In this document: positions 20,200 to 28,320 of the stretch, piece by piece
Position numbering within the stretch: the stretch's first letter is position 1
Layout: every line of letters begins with the position of its first letter
DNA from: an uncultured Acidobacteriota bacterium
GTDB taxonomy: Bacteria; Acidobacteriota; Terriglobia; Terriglobales; Acidobacteriaceae
Direction: 5' to 3'
Length of the DNA: 64,000 nucleotides
Assembly: GCA_963818115.1 (NCBI GenBank)
Contig: CAWFQZ010000032.1
Location: forward strand, 14,274-78,273
Made by a program: the position numbers and the translations under genes
Notes under the pieces: generated by a model
What the model saw: the letters and a program-made list of their open reading frames with translations, nothing else
Told to the model about the DNA's origin: nothing
Database searches by the model: none

Positions 20200-21003
20200 C
20201 TACAAACGAATCGGCTCCAAAGCTTCGGTCTGGGACGCCAAAAGCACGCGATTCGTGAACAGCCCGCCTCGCGTGGAAAGCGCTTTTTCTGCCTCTCTCC
20301 GGGCTATTTCCGGATGGTTGTTCTGCTCAGAGAGATGCGCCAGCACGACAAACGTTGCATTATTATCATAGTCGTTACTGAAGAAATCCGCGAGGGCCAG
20401 GTTCGAAAGGTGTCCAACCCGGCTCATTACACGCTGTTTTACCGACCATGGATACGGCCCCACCCGTAGCATCTCCACGTCGTGATTCGACTCGACCACG
20501 AGTACATCGCAGCCGCGCAAATGGTCGCGCACGCTGAGTGGGATATACCCCAGATCGGTCGCGACTCCAACCTTGATGCCTTCAGCCCGAAACGTGAAGC
20601 CGACCGGGTCTGCGGCATCATGCGGAATCGTGAATGGCCTCACTGCGATATCGCCCACCTGAAAGCTGTGCCCCGATTCGAAGCGCTCGAACTTTTCCAG
20701 TTGCGGCTTCTCGCCATTCTGGTTGCGCATCGCCCGCGACCACGCTTGGTGCGTCGCTCCGGTCATGAAGACCGGAATGCGCAGCTTCTTTGCCAGCACT
20801 GCTAATCCATAGACGTGGTCGGAATGTTCGTGGGTAATCAGAATCGCGGACAACGAGTGCGGATCTTCACTCAGCGCCTTCATCCGCTTGAATGTCTCGC
20901 GGCACGAGATGCCCGCGTCCACCAGAATCTTTGTGCTGGCGCTCGACACTAACGCGCAATTGCCGCGGCTCCCCGAAGCCAGCATCGAGACACTTACACC
21001 CAT
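20200..21003 (-). CDS. MBL-fold metallo-hydrolase
   Basis: It carries the HxHxDH motif (ILITHEHSDHVYG), and its length and pattern fit YycJ/PhnP-like beta-lactamase-fold proteins. Confidence 0.85.
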   Translation of the reverse strand: MGVSVSMLASGSRGNCALVSSASTKILVDAGISCRETFKRMKALSEDPHSLSAILITHEHSDHVYGLAVLAKKLRIPVFMTGATHQAWSRAMRNQNGEKPQLEKFERFESGHSFQVGDIAVRPFTIPHDAADPVGFTFRAEGIKVGVATDLGYIPLSVRDHLRGCDVLVVESNHDVEMLRVGPYPWSVKQRVMSRVGHLSNLALADFFSNDYDNNATFVVLAHLSEQNNHPEIARREAEKALSTRGGLFTNRVLLASQTEALEPIRL

Positions 21004-21135
21004 GCTCGCAGCATACGCGGGAATCCTGTGGAATCGGGAGTAACTTTTCGGTTATCCGATACCAATGAGCGTCATACGGCGGACGGCTTCCGGTTCCGGG
21101 ATTCCTCCTGCCGGAGCCGGAAGCCCGAGCCGCCT

Positions 21136-22297
21136 TTACTTCAACCCAACCCCGTAGTAGTAGGTGTAAGGCGCGTATCCCTGAATCGGCAGTCCGGTCT
21201 GAAAGCTGGAAAAGATCACCGCGTTCCCCTGGAATGAAACAAACACATCCTGCTGGACTCCTCCCGTCGACATCCGAAACGTGAACATGCCATTGCAAGG
21301 ATCGGACAGCGTGTTGGCCGTCCCGTCATACAGGTAAGAAGTGTCCGCCACGGCTGCGAGCGTACCGCTGGCAAGCGTGCTGTTCGCGCTGTCGGTGATC
21401 GTCATGAGCCCGCTGGCGCTGATCGTTACCGTTCCTTTGCCTTCGCTCGGCGTGCCAGTCTCCACGTTCCCCTGGCCGGTCTGCGCGTTCGCCTTCTTGT
21501 AATAGATCGCCGTGTAGTTCCCTGCGTATGTTGGATTGAAGTTCTTCGATGCCGCTTTCGGCAGGCTGAGAATCGTCCCCGCCCCTGTGTCCACAACGAA
21601 GAATCCGCTCGGCGTCCCAAAGGCATAATCCGATGAGCCATCCGATTCGTTGATTGCAAAGAAGTCGCCGGAAGCGTCTTCCGTCACGCTCGAGGCCGCA
21701 AAGCTGCCGCCTTGAAACAGGCTCTGGCTGAAAGCTCCAAACGGCCAGTAGCCATCATGTTGCGCGTTGCCTTGCGTGTCGATCGAGATCGTGCCCAACT
21801 CCATGCCCCCAGCCGCGGTCCGAAACTGGAGATAGTTGAAGTCCTGGCCGGCAAACGTGTTAACCGACGCGGGTGCCCTTTCGATCGCCGTAATCAAGGC
21901 CGGAGTATCCTTGTTCGGCCCTGCATTCGCAGCTTCCACCATGAACACAAAGCCTGGCACTTCATAGCCGGATAACAGGTTTCCCTCGGGATCGGTGATG
22001 GTATAAGTGCCGTCCGCATTCAGGGCGAACGGTCATCATCTGGGTATCGTTCGACGCCCAACTCACCTGGCTCGTGATGTCCTTGGTCACGGGTGGGTGG
22101 ACAAAGGTTCCGAGAGCCCGGAGTTGGACCTGCAGCCCGGCGTCTTGACTCACGGGAATGTTGGAAGCGCCGAAAGTCTCGCCGGTGGGCTGAACCTGGA
22201 TCGAAACCAGCTCCTGATTATGCGCGCAACTCGATAGGCTCAAGAGCGTAATTGCCGTGACAATGAGAGCTGTAGTGCCGAACCACTTCCGGATCAT
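21136..22297 (-). pseudogene. Frameshifted lipoprotein gene (Ig-like N-terminal domain plus beta-rich body)
   Basis: ORF 21962-22297 has a lipobox (LLSLSSC). ORF 21136-21960 continues in the +1 frame. The second frame is open back to TGA at about 22033 and reads PFALNADGTYTITDPEGNLLSGYEVPGFVF. One indel near 22030 would fuse the two. Confidence 0.6.
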
Positions 22298-22403
22298 GCT
22301 AGCTCCTGGGACCGAGCGGGCCGAGTATGCACACTTCGGCTCGGGAATGGGCCAATTTAGTCAATGCCGGAGCAAAAAGCAATAGCTCGGAAGTGTCCTC
22401 CGC

Positions 22404-23453
22404 TTAGCTTTTTACCGCTTCTGCCACGCACTTCACGAACGCTTTTATGTCTTCTTCCGTGGTATCGAAGGCGCACATCCAGCGGACGATACATTCCTCT
22501 TCGATCCAGGGATAAAAGAAAAACTGCGCCTTGATTTTTTCGATCGCATTTTGGGGAATTTGAGCGAAGACGCCGTTGGCCTCAACCTTCCAGACCACCC
22601 TAACCTCGGGAATCTTGCGAACTTCGGCTTCAAGCAACCGAGCCATACGATTGGCGTGCTCCGCACTGCGGCGCCACAGGTCGCCAGTCAGCAGGGCCTC
22701 GAATTGGGCGGCGATGAAGCGCATCTTCGATGCCAATTGCATACCCTGCTTGCGAAGGTAAAGAAAATCCGCTCCCAGCGCGGGATCAAAAAAGATGACG
22801 GCTTCACCGCCCATTATGCCGTTCTTCGTGCCGCCGAACGAGAGTACGTCGACGCCCAGGTCGCGCGTCGCTTGCCGCAGGGATTGGCCCAGGCTGACGG
22901 CGGCGTTGGCAATGCGGGCGCCGTCCATGTGGAGAAACATCTGGTGATCGTGGGCGAAACGAGCAAGGGCTTCAACCTCTTTCGGTTGGTACACCGTTCC
23001 CATCTCAGTGCATTGCGTGATCGAAATGACCCGAGCCTGCACGTGATGTTGGTCACCGATGCCGTGATAGGCGTGGCGGACCGAATCGACGGTGATCTTG
23101 CCGTCCTGGTGCGGCAGAGGGATCAGCTTGCATCCGACATGTTTTTCCGGAGCGCCGCATTCGTCCGTATAGATGTGCGCGTAGTCGCTGCACAGGACCG
23201 CATGGTAGGGGCGGTTCAACGCCTGCAGGCCGAGCACATTGGCTCCAGTTCCGTTAAAAGTGAAGAAGACTTCGATGCCGGTTCCAAAATGTTCTTCAAA
23301 TTTTGCGATGGCCGAGCGCGTGTAGGAGTCGTCACCATACGCGACGACGTGGCCCTGATTTGCACGGGCAATCGCATCGAGAATTTCGGGATGGACTCCA
23401 GCATTGTTGTCGCTGGCAAAGCCTCGCGTGAAAGTGGGGGAAACTTGCGGCAT
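22404..23453 (-). CDS. ltaE: Low-specificity L-threonine aldolase (PLP-dependent)
   Basis: FASDNNAGVHPEILDAI...AYGDDSYT...FFTFNGTGANVLGL...SFGGTKNG (the PLP lysine) fits the family. The likely start is MPQVSPTF at 23453. Confidence 0.82.
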   Translation of the reverse strand: MPQVSPTFTRGFASDNNAGVHPEILDAIARANQGHVVAYGDDSYTRSAIAKFEEHFGTGIEVFFTFNGTGANVLGLQALNRPYHAVLCSDYAHIYTDECGAPEKHVGCKLIPLPHQDGKITVDSVRHAYHGIGDQHHVQARVISITQCTEMGTVYQPKEVEALARFAHDHQMFLHMDGARIANAAVSLGQSLRQATRDLGVDVLSFGGTKNGIMGGEAVIFFDPALGADFLYLRKQGMQLASKMRFIAAQFEALLTGDLWRRSAEHANRMARLLEAEVRKIPEVRVVWKVEANGVFAQIPQNAIEKIKAQFFFYPWIEEECIVRWMCAFDTTEEDIKAFVKCVAEAVKS

Positions 23454-23528
23454 ACGAATAAATGTAGCAGAGGAGAAGTTCAAGGACGGCAGGCATGGAT
23501 CAGGCCTGCTGGCGACTGAAGACGCTTT

Positions 23529-23558
23529 ACCACGAAGGACACGAAGTTTCACGAAGGA
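23529..23558. repeat. 30-nt CACGAAGG-type short repeat element (copy of 19325-19354)
   Basis: ACCACGAAGGACACGAAGTTTCACGAAGGA lies in the divergent intergenic region between ltaE and the adenosine deaminase gene. Confidence 0.85.
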
Positions 23559-23571
23559 GTTCGGTATTACA

Positions 23572-25116
23572 ATGCCTGATCCTTGGAGGCCCGTTCGAAT
23601 GCGCGTTACGGCTCGCTACTGTGTGATCGTCCTGATGCTTGCTTCCCTTGCGGCGACCCAGACCGCTGAGCAAAAGACCGCGCGCTATCTCGACTCGATC
23701 CGCCAACAGCCGTCGCTTCTGCTCGCGTTTCTGCACGACATGCCCAAAGGCGGAGACTTGCACAATCATCTCGGCGGCGCAGTCTATGCCGAGGACCTGA
23801 TCGACTTTGCGGCTTCGGATAATTTCTGCATTGATCGGACAACGTCGCAGCTTCTCAGCCCGCCGTGCGACTCTTGCGAAAAGTACAAGCCGAATCCGGC
23901 GATTCGCTGCGCCTACGCGGACCACGTTCTCTACAACCAGATCATTGACGCCTGGTCGATGCGCAACTGGCGTCCGGGTGACGAATCCGGACATGATCAT
24001 TTTTTCGCCAGCTTCGACAAATTCCAGCCCGCTGCGGACGCCCACATGGCCGAGTTGGTTGCGAGCGTGATCAATCGCGCCGCCAAAGAGCATGTGCAGT
24101 ACATCGAGTTCATGCGCAGCGCCGACCTCAATGCGGCAATCAGACTCGGAATGAAGCTGGGGTGGGAAGGCGACTTTGCCGCAATGCGCGAAAAACTTCT
24201 GGCCGGAGGCTTGAAGGAAATCACCGCGGAGACAAGCAAGGATATCTCCGAGGCAGATGCCCGTGCGCACTCAGAACTGAAATGCGGAACCACAGACGCC
24301 GAACCCGGATGCAACGTCACGGTGCGCTATCTCTATCAGGTGCTGCGCGGACTTCCTCGCGAAGCGGTGTTTGCGCAGATTCTGCTTGGATTCGAGCTGG
24401 CATCGTCCGATCCGCATTTCGTGGGGCTGAATCTGGTGATGCCGGAAGATTGGTACGTGCCCACTCACGACTTCAATGAGCACATGGCCATGATGGATTA
24501 TCTGCATGGGATCTATCCCAAGGTGCATATCACGCTGCACGCCGGCGAGCTTGCGATGGGACTCGTAAAGCCCGAGGACCTGTCGTATCACATTCGCGCG
24601 TCGGTCGAGCGCGGTCATGCCGAGCGCATCGGGCACGGCGTCAGTGTCATGCTGGAAAAAGATCCGATTGGACTGATGAAGGAAATGGCTGCGCGGAATG
24701 TGCTGGTCGAAATCAATCTCACGTCGAACGATCAAATACTTGAAGTCAGCGGCGAGGAGCATCCGCTACCGATCTATATGAAGTACGGCGTGCCGGTCGC
24801 GATTTCAACCGACGACGAAGGCGTGGCACGCTCCGACATGACGCACGAGTATCTGCGGGCGGTCGAGGGATTTCGGCTGCCGTACACTGAACTGAAGCGC
24901 ATGACGCGGCAGAGTATTGAGCACAGCTTTTTGCCAGGAGAGAGCCTGTGGAGCGAGACAAGGGGAACATTTCGGCCAACCGCCGCGTGTGCCGGGGACA
25001 CTCTAGGCGAACAGAAGCCGTCGGCCGGATGTGCGAAGTTTCTGGCGGGCAGCGAGCATGCGCGCGAACAGTGGAAGCTGGAAGCAGCGTTCGCGGAGTT
25101 TGAGAAGAGATTCTGA
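23572..25116 (+). CDS. Adenosine deaminase family protein, long ADGF/ADA2-like form with signal peptide
   Basis: It has LHNHLGG (the HxH metal site), TLHAGE and ISTDDEG. It is about 514 aa with an N-terminal signal (MRVTARYCVIVLMLASLAATQTAEQ). Confidence 0.85.
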   Translation: MPDPWRPVRMRVTARYCVIVLMLASLAATQTAEQKTARYLDSIRQQPSLLLAFLHDMPKGGDLHNHLGGAVYAEDLIDFAASDNFCIDRTTSQLLSPPCDSCEKYKPNPAIRCAYADHVLYNQIIDAWSMRNWRPGDESGHDHFFASFDKFQPAADAHMAELVASVINRAAKEHVQYIEFMRSADLNAAIRLGMKLGWEGDFAAMREKLLAGGLKEITAETSKDISEADARAHSELKCGTTDAEPGCNVTVRYLYQVLRGLPREAVFAQILLGFELASSDPHFVGLNLVMPEDWYVPTHDFNEHMAMMDYLHGIYPKVHITLHAGELAMGLVKPEDLSYHIRASVERGHAERIGHGVSVMLEKDPIGLMKEMAARNVLVEINLTSNDQILEVSGEEHPLPIYMKYGVPVAISTDDEGVARSDMTHEYLRAVEGFRLPYTELKRMTRQSIEHSFLPGESLWSETRGTFRPTAACAGDTLGEQKPSAGCAKFLAGSEHAREQWKLEAAFAEFEKRF

Positions 25117-25137
25117 AGTAAGGGTCGTACAAAGCAT

Positions 25138-25737
25138 ATGCCGCGCAAACGAACTCTGATCCCATCCCCGCTCGCATGGACCACGATGACCGCGCCGGTC
25201 CCGCATCCGCTGTTGCCGGTGGTAGCTGAGCGCGGGGGGACACAGTTGCGCACGCCGTTGCCAGTCGCGATCGTAGACACACGAGAACAGAATCCACTTT
25301 CGTTTCGACGCTTCCGAGGATGGTTCTCAAAAATCGAACATCGCGCATTGCGCCACGGAGATTATTCGGTCGCGGGAATGGAAGATATCTGTGCCGTCGA
25401 GCGCAAAGATCTCGCCGACCTGATTCAATCGTTCACCACAAACCGAGCGGTCTTTATCAACCGGCTGCGGCGCATGAGCGAGATGCCGCACAGCCTGCTG
25501 GTGGTGACCGCGTCGCTGACGGAGATTAAGTCGGAATACGCGTACCGCGCCGCGAATCCCAACCGCATTACGCAGTCGCTCATCGCCGTGCTCACCGGGC
25601 TTCGGCTGCCGTTCATCTGCACAGAGACGCACGAACTCGGCGAGGAGATCGTCGCGTCGTATCTCTACCAGACGTTTCTGTATGATTGGCTGGACCGCAA
25701 CGGCCATGGGCGCCAGTTGGCCGACGGAGATTTGTAG
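25138..25737 (+). CDS. Stand-alone ERCC4 (XPF/Mus81-type) nuclease domain protein
   Basis: VAIVDTREQ...HGDYSV...AVERKDLADL fits the GDXn-ERKxxxD nuclease signature. Confidence 0.7.
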   Translation: MPRKRTLIPSPLAWTTMTAPVPHPLLPVVAERGGTQLRTPLPVAIVDTREQNPLSFRRFRGWFSKIEHRALRHGDYSVAGMEDICAVERKDLADLIQSFTTNRAVFINRLRRMSEMPHSLLVVTASLTEIKSEYAYRAANPNRITQSLIAVLTGLRLPFICTETHELGEEIVASYLYQTFLYDWLDRNGHGRQLADGDL

Positions 25738-25778
25738 AGGCTTTTCGCGGCGCTGAAGCGCGACTCTTCCACGAAGAT

Positions 25779-26618
25779 ATGAGCGACCAATACACACTCG
25801 CCGACTCCGCCGCGAACTTGATCCTTTCGCGTACAGCGCTTCGACCGCAGATCGGACTCGTTCTCGGCTCCGGCCTCGGCGCTTTCGCCGACTCGCTCAC
25901 CGATGCGGCGCGCGTCCCTTATGCCGAGATTCCTTCGTTCCCGCAATCGACCGCGATCGGGCACGCCGGGCGGATGGTCGTCGGAAATGCAGGCAACATT
26001 CCAGCCGCAGCCATGCAGGGGCGTGTTCATCTTTACGAAGGATATTCTGCGCAGGAAGTCACGTTCCCCATTCGCGTGTTCGCGCGCATGGGCATCCGCG
26101 CCGTCATCATCACCAACGCCGCCGGAGGCATCAACCTCGGGTATTCGCAAGGCGCGCTCGTGCTCATCAGCGATCACATCAATCTGCAGGGAACGAATCC
26201 GCTGGTGGGACCGAATGACGACCGATTCGGCGTGCGCTTTCCCGACATGACGCAAGCCTACTCGCGGTCGTATCGCGAGATCGCGCGCGAGGAAGCCGCC
26301 AAACTCAACATCATGCTGCACGAGGGCGTGTATGCCGCGCTGCTCGGACCAAGCTATGAGACTCCCGCGGAGATCCGGCACCTGCGCCACATCGGCGCCG
26401 ATCTGGTCGGAATGTCGACGGCCGCCGAAGTGATTACCGCGCGCCACATGGGACTTAACGTTCTTGCCATTTCATGCGTCACGAACATGGCGGCAGGAAT
26501 TCTCGACCAGCCGTTGTCGCACGCTGAAGTGATGGAAACCGGCGAGCGCGTGAAATCGACATTCGAGGCGTTACTGCGTGCCGTACTTCCGAGAATCGCG
26601 AAGGACGTTGGAAAGTAG
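25779..26618 (+). CDS. punA: Purine nucleoside phosphorylase (trimeric PNP/inosine-guanosine type)
   Basis: Motifs seen are ..IGLVLGSGLGAFAD.., ..GHAGRMV.G.., ..MQGRVHLYEGY.., ..GPSYETPAE.. and ..GADLVGMSTAAEV... The start is at MSDQYTL. Confidence 0.92.
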   Translation: MSDQYTLADSAANLILSRTALRPQIGLVLGSGLGAFADSLTDAARVPYAEIPSFPQSTAIGHAGRMVVGNAGNIPAAAMQGRVHLYEGYSAQEVTFPIRVFARMGIRAVIITNAAGGINLGYSQGALVLISDHINLQGTNPLVGPNDDRFGVRFPDMTQAYSRSYREIAREEAAKLNIMLHEGVYAALLGPSYETPAEIRHLRHIGADLVGMSTAAEVITARHMGLNVLAISCVTNMAAGILDQPLSHAEVMETGERVKSTFEALLRAVLPRIAKDVGK

Positions 26619-26625
26619 CGACGTA

Positions 26626-26671
26626 CATGTGGCGACGGCCGCCTCGGCCGTCCCGCGAGGGCAAAGCCCCG
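26626..26671. repeat. 46-nt two-hairpin 3'-end repeat between convergent punA and the DUF62 gene (copy at 57636-57681)
   Basis: CATGTGGCGACGGCCGCCTCGGCCGTCCCGCGAGGGCAAAGCCCCG contains an 8-bp GC stem (GACGGCCG/CGGCCGTC). Its reverse complement is about 89% identical to 57636-57681. It may act as a bidirectional terminator. Confidence 0.75.
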
Positions 26672-26699
26672 TAGGACTTGGCACCAGTCAGATGTAGCG

Positions 26700-27635
26700 T
26701 CACTTCCCCGCTCGTGGAATCGTGAGCGCGGCTGGCGGCTTCACTCCATAAGTCGCCGCAAAGCTATTCTGGTTTACGGCCAGCGCGATGTGTCCGCGCG
26801 AGTCGACATAAAGCAATGGCTGATTCAGCGGCACGTCGCTGAACGTCTTCACGAACTTGATCTTCATTTCTTTGCCGGCGACCGTCACGGGGACTTCCTG
26901 CCCGCGCTGGTAACCGAGCTTCAGGAAATCCTCGCCATCCACATTGGTGACAAGGTTTCCGAATGGGCCGTCGGTCGCTATGACCGTGGCATTCAGGCCG
27001 TGATCGTCAATCGTGGCGGCCTTCAACTCGAGCCGCACGAGATCTTTTGCAGGCATCTCAGGACCAACTTTTGTCCAGTCATCGCCGCGTGCCATGTGCG
27101 CGCCTACGGGCGAAAAAATGTCACGGCCATGGAAGGTCGATGACATCTTGGTTCCGATCATCCAGTCGGGATTCGTAATCACCCGCACAACATCGATGCC
27201 ATCACGCTGTTCGACCAGCGTCAGCAGTCCGTTGTCGGGCAGCACGAAATATTGTCCGCGCTTCGAGTGCGCCACGATGGCTTTGCGCGTGCTTCCGACA
27301 GTTGGGTCGATTACAACGACGAAGACCGTGCCCGCGGGAAAGTAGGGCGTAGCTCCAAACAAAAAGCGAGCGCCGTCGAGAATGGAGAACGGCGTGACCT
27401 GGTGCGTCAGGTCGACGATGCGGACATCCGGCATGATCGAGTACATGACTCCGCGGCACAGCGCGACCGAATCGTCGACCACGCCGAAATCTGTCATGAA
27501 CACGATGGTCGGAGGATACTTCTGTGCGGGCTCGCTGGCCGCCGCGGTCGAAACCGCGCCTGCGGCCAAGAGGGCGGAAACGATCCATATGTGGGTAAAG
27601 AGTCGAGAGGAAACACTGCGTCGCAAACGAATCAT
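26700..27635 (-). CDS. SAM hydroxide adenosyltransferase / SAM hydrolase (DUF62, SalL/FlA fold) with signal peptide
   Basis: IVFMTDFGVVDDSVALCRGVMYSI...VFVVVIDPTVGSTRKAIV...YFVLPDNGLLTLV fits DUF62. The N-terminus MIRLRRSVSSRLFTHIWIVSALLAAGAVSTAAASEP looks like a Sec signal. The ATG is preceded by an AAGGA SD. Confidence 0.85.
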   Translation of the reverse strand: MIRLRRSVSSRLFTHIWIVSALLAAGAVSTAAASEPAQKYPPTIVFMTDFGVVDDSVALCRGVMYSIMPDVRIVDLTHQVTPFSILDGARFLFGATPYFPAGTVFVVVIDPTVGSTRKAIVAHSKRGQYFVLPDNGLLTLVEQRDGIDVVRVITNPDWMIGTKMSSTFHGRDIFSPVGAHMARGDDWTKVGPEMPAKDLVRLELKAATIDDHGLNATVIATDGPFGNLVTNVDGEDFLKLGYQRGQEVPVTVAGKEMKIKFVKTFSDVPLNQPLLYVDSRGHIALAVNQNSFAATYGVKPPAALTIPRAGK

Positions 27636-27782
27636 GAGATTTCCTTGTGATCCATCCGGTATTTTCTGCAGTCTGAATTTTGCAGGTCCGCAATTTTAAA
27701 CGAAAGCCACCCGCCGGCGAATCGCCGCCCGCGCCATCCTTACAGCTATAATGCTGCTGCATTGTCATTTCGTGGAGGTCTT

Positions 27783-28181
27783 ATGTCGCAAGCTATTCCT
27801 GATAAGTACAAAGACCTGTTTCAGAAGCGGGCATTCGCGAGTCTCGGCACGCTGATGCCGGACGGCCGCCCGCAAGTCACACCTGTCTGGTGCGACTTCG
27901 ACGGCGAGCATGTCATCTTCAATTCGGCCAAGGGTCGGCAGAAAGATCGAAACGTGCGGCGCGATCCGCGGGTGTCGCTGGCCATTATCGATCCCGAAAA
28001 TCCTTACCGCTACCTGGAAATCCGCGGGCGCGTCGTCGAGATCACCGAACTGAACGCCAGCGAGCACATCGATAAAATGGCTAAAAAGTATCTCGGCGTG
28101 GACAAATATCCCTATGGCCAGCCCGGCGAAGTGCGCGTGATCTACAAGATCCAGCCGGAACACACTACGGTGATGGGGTAG
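27783..28181 (+). CDS. PPOX-class (pyridoxamine 5'-phosphate oxidase-like) probable F420/FMN-dependent protein
   Basis: ..FASLGTLMPDGRPQVTPVWCDFDGEHVIFNSAKGRQKDRNVRRDPRVSLAIIDPENPYRYLEIRG.. fits the family. Confidence 0.8.
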   Translation: MSQAIPDKYKDLFQKRAFASLGTLMPDGRPQVTPVWCDFDGEHVIFNSAKGRQKDRNVRRDPRVSLAIIDPENPYRYLEIRGRVVEITELNASEHIDKMAKKYLGVDKYPYGQPGEVRVIYKIQPEHTTVMG

Positions 28182-28186
28182 AAGAA

Positions 28187-28289
28187 AGTTTCAAGGCTTC
28201 AGAGTTTCAAGGTTTCAACATTGCGTAGTTCCAGCGACTGGGATGGCCTCCCCTCCTTGAAACCTTGCGACTTTGAAACCTTGAAACTT
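28187..28289. repeat. Imperfect inverted repeat built from GTTTCAAGG units (REP/MITE-like)
   Basis: The left arm AAGTTTCAAGGCTTCAGAGTTTCAAGGTTTCAA (28187-28219) pairs with the right arm TTGAAACCTTGCGACTTTGAAACCTTGAAACTT (28257-28289). The loop is about 37 nt. Confidence 0.85.
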
Positions 28290-28320
28290 TTCCCTGAAAC
28301 TTTTCCGCGAGGATTTCGCC

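Noticed and set aside
22551-23519. Long antisense or out-of-frame ORFs opposite well-supported genes. Examples: 22551-23519 versus ltaE, 25665-26447 versus punA, 29430-30470 versus the class V aminotransferase, 55431-56396 versus the S53 peptidase, 59454-60239 versus phoB, 60973-61683 versus the hydantoinase, and 51443-52336 and 51745-52815 versus EamA.
   Set aside because: Their translations are Arg/Ala/Gly/Pro-rich low-complexity strings with no recognisable motifs. The opposite or alternate frame carries clear family signatures in each case. Such shadow ORFs are expected in high-GC DNA.
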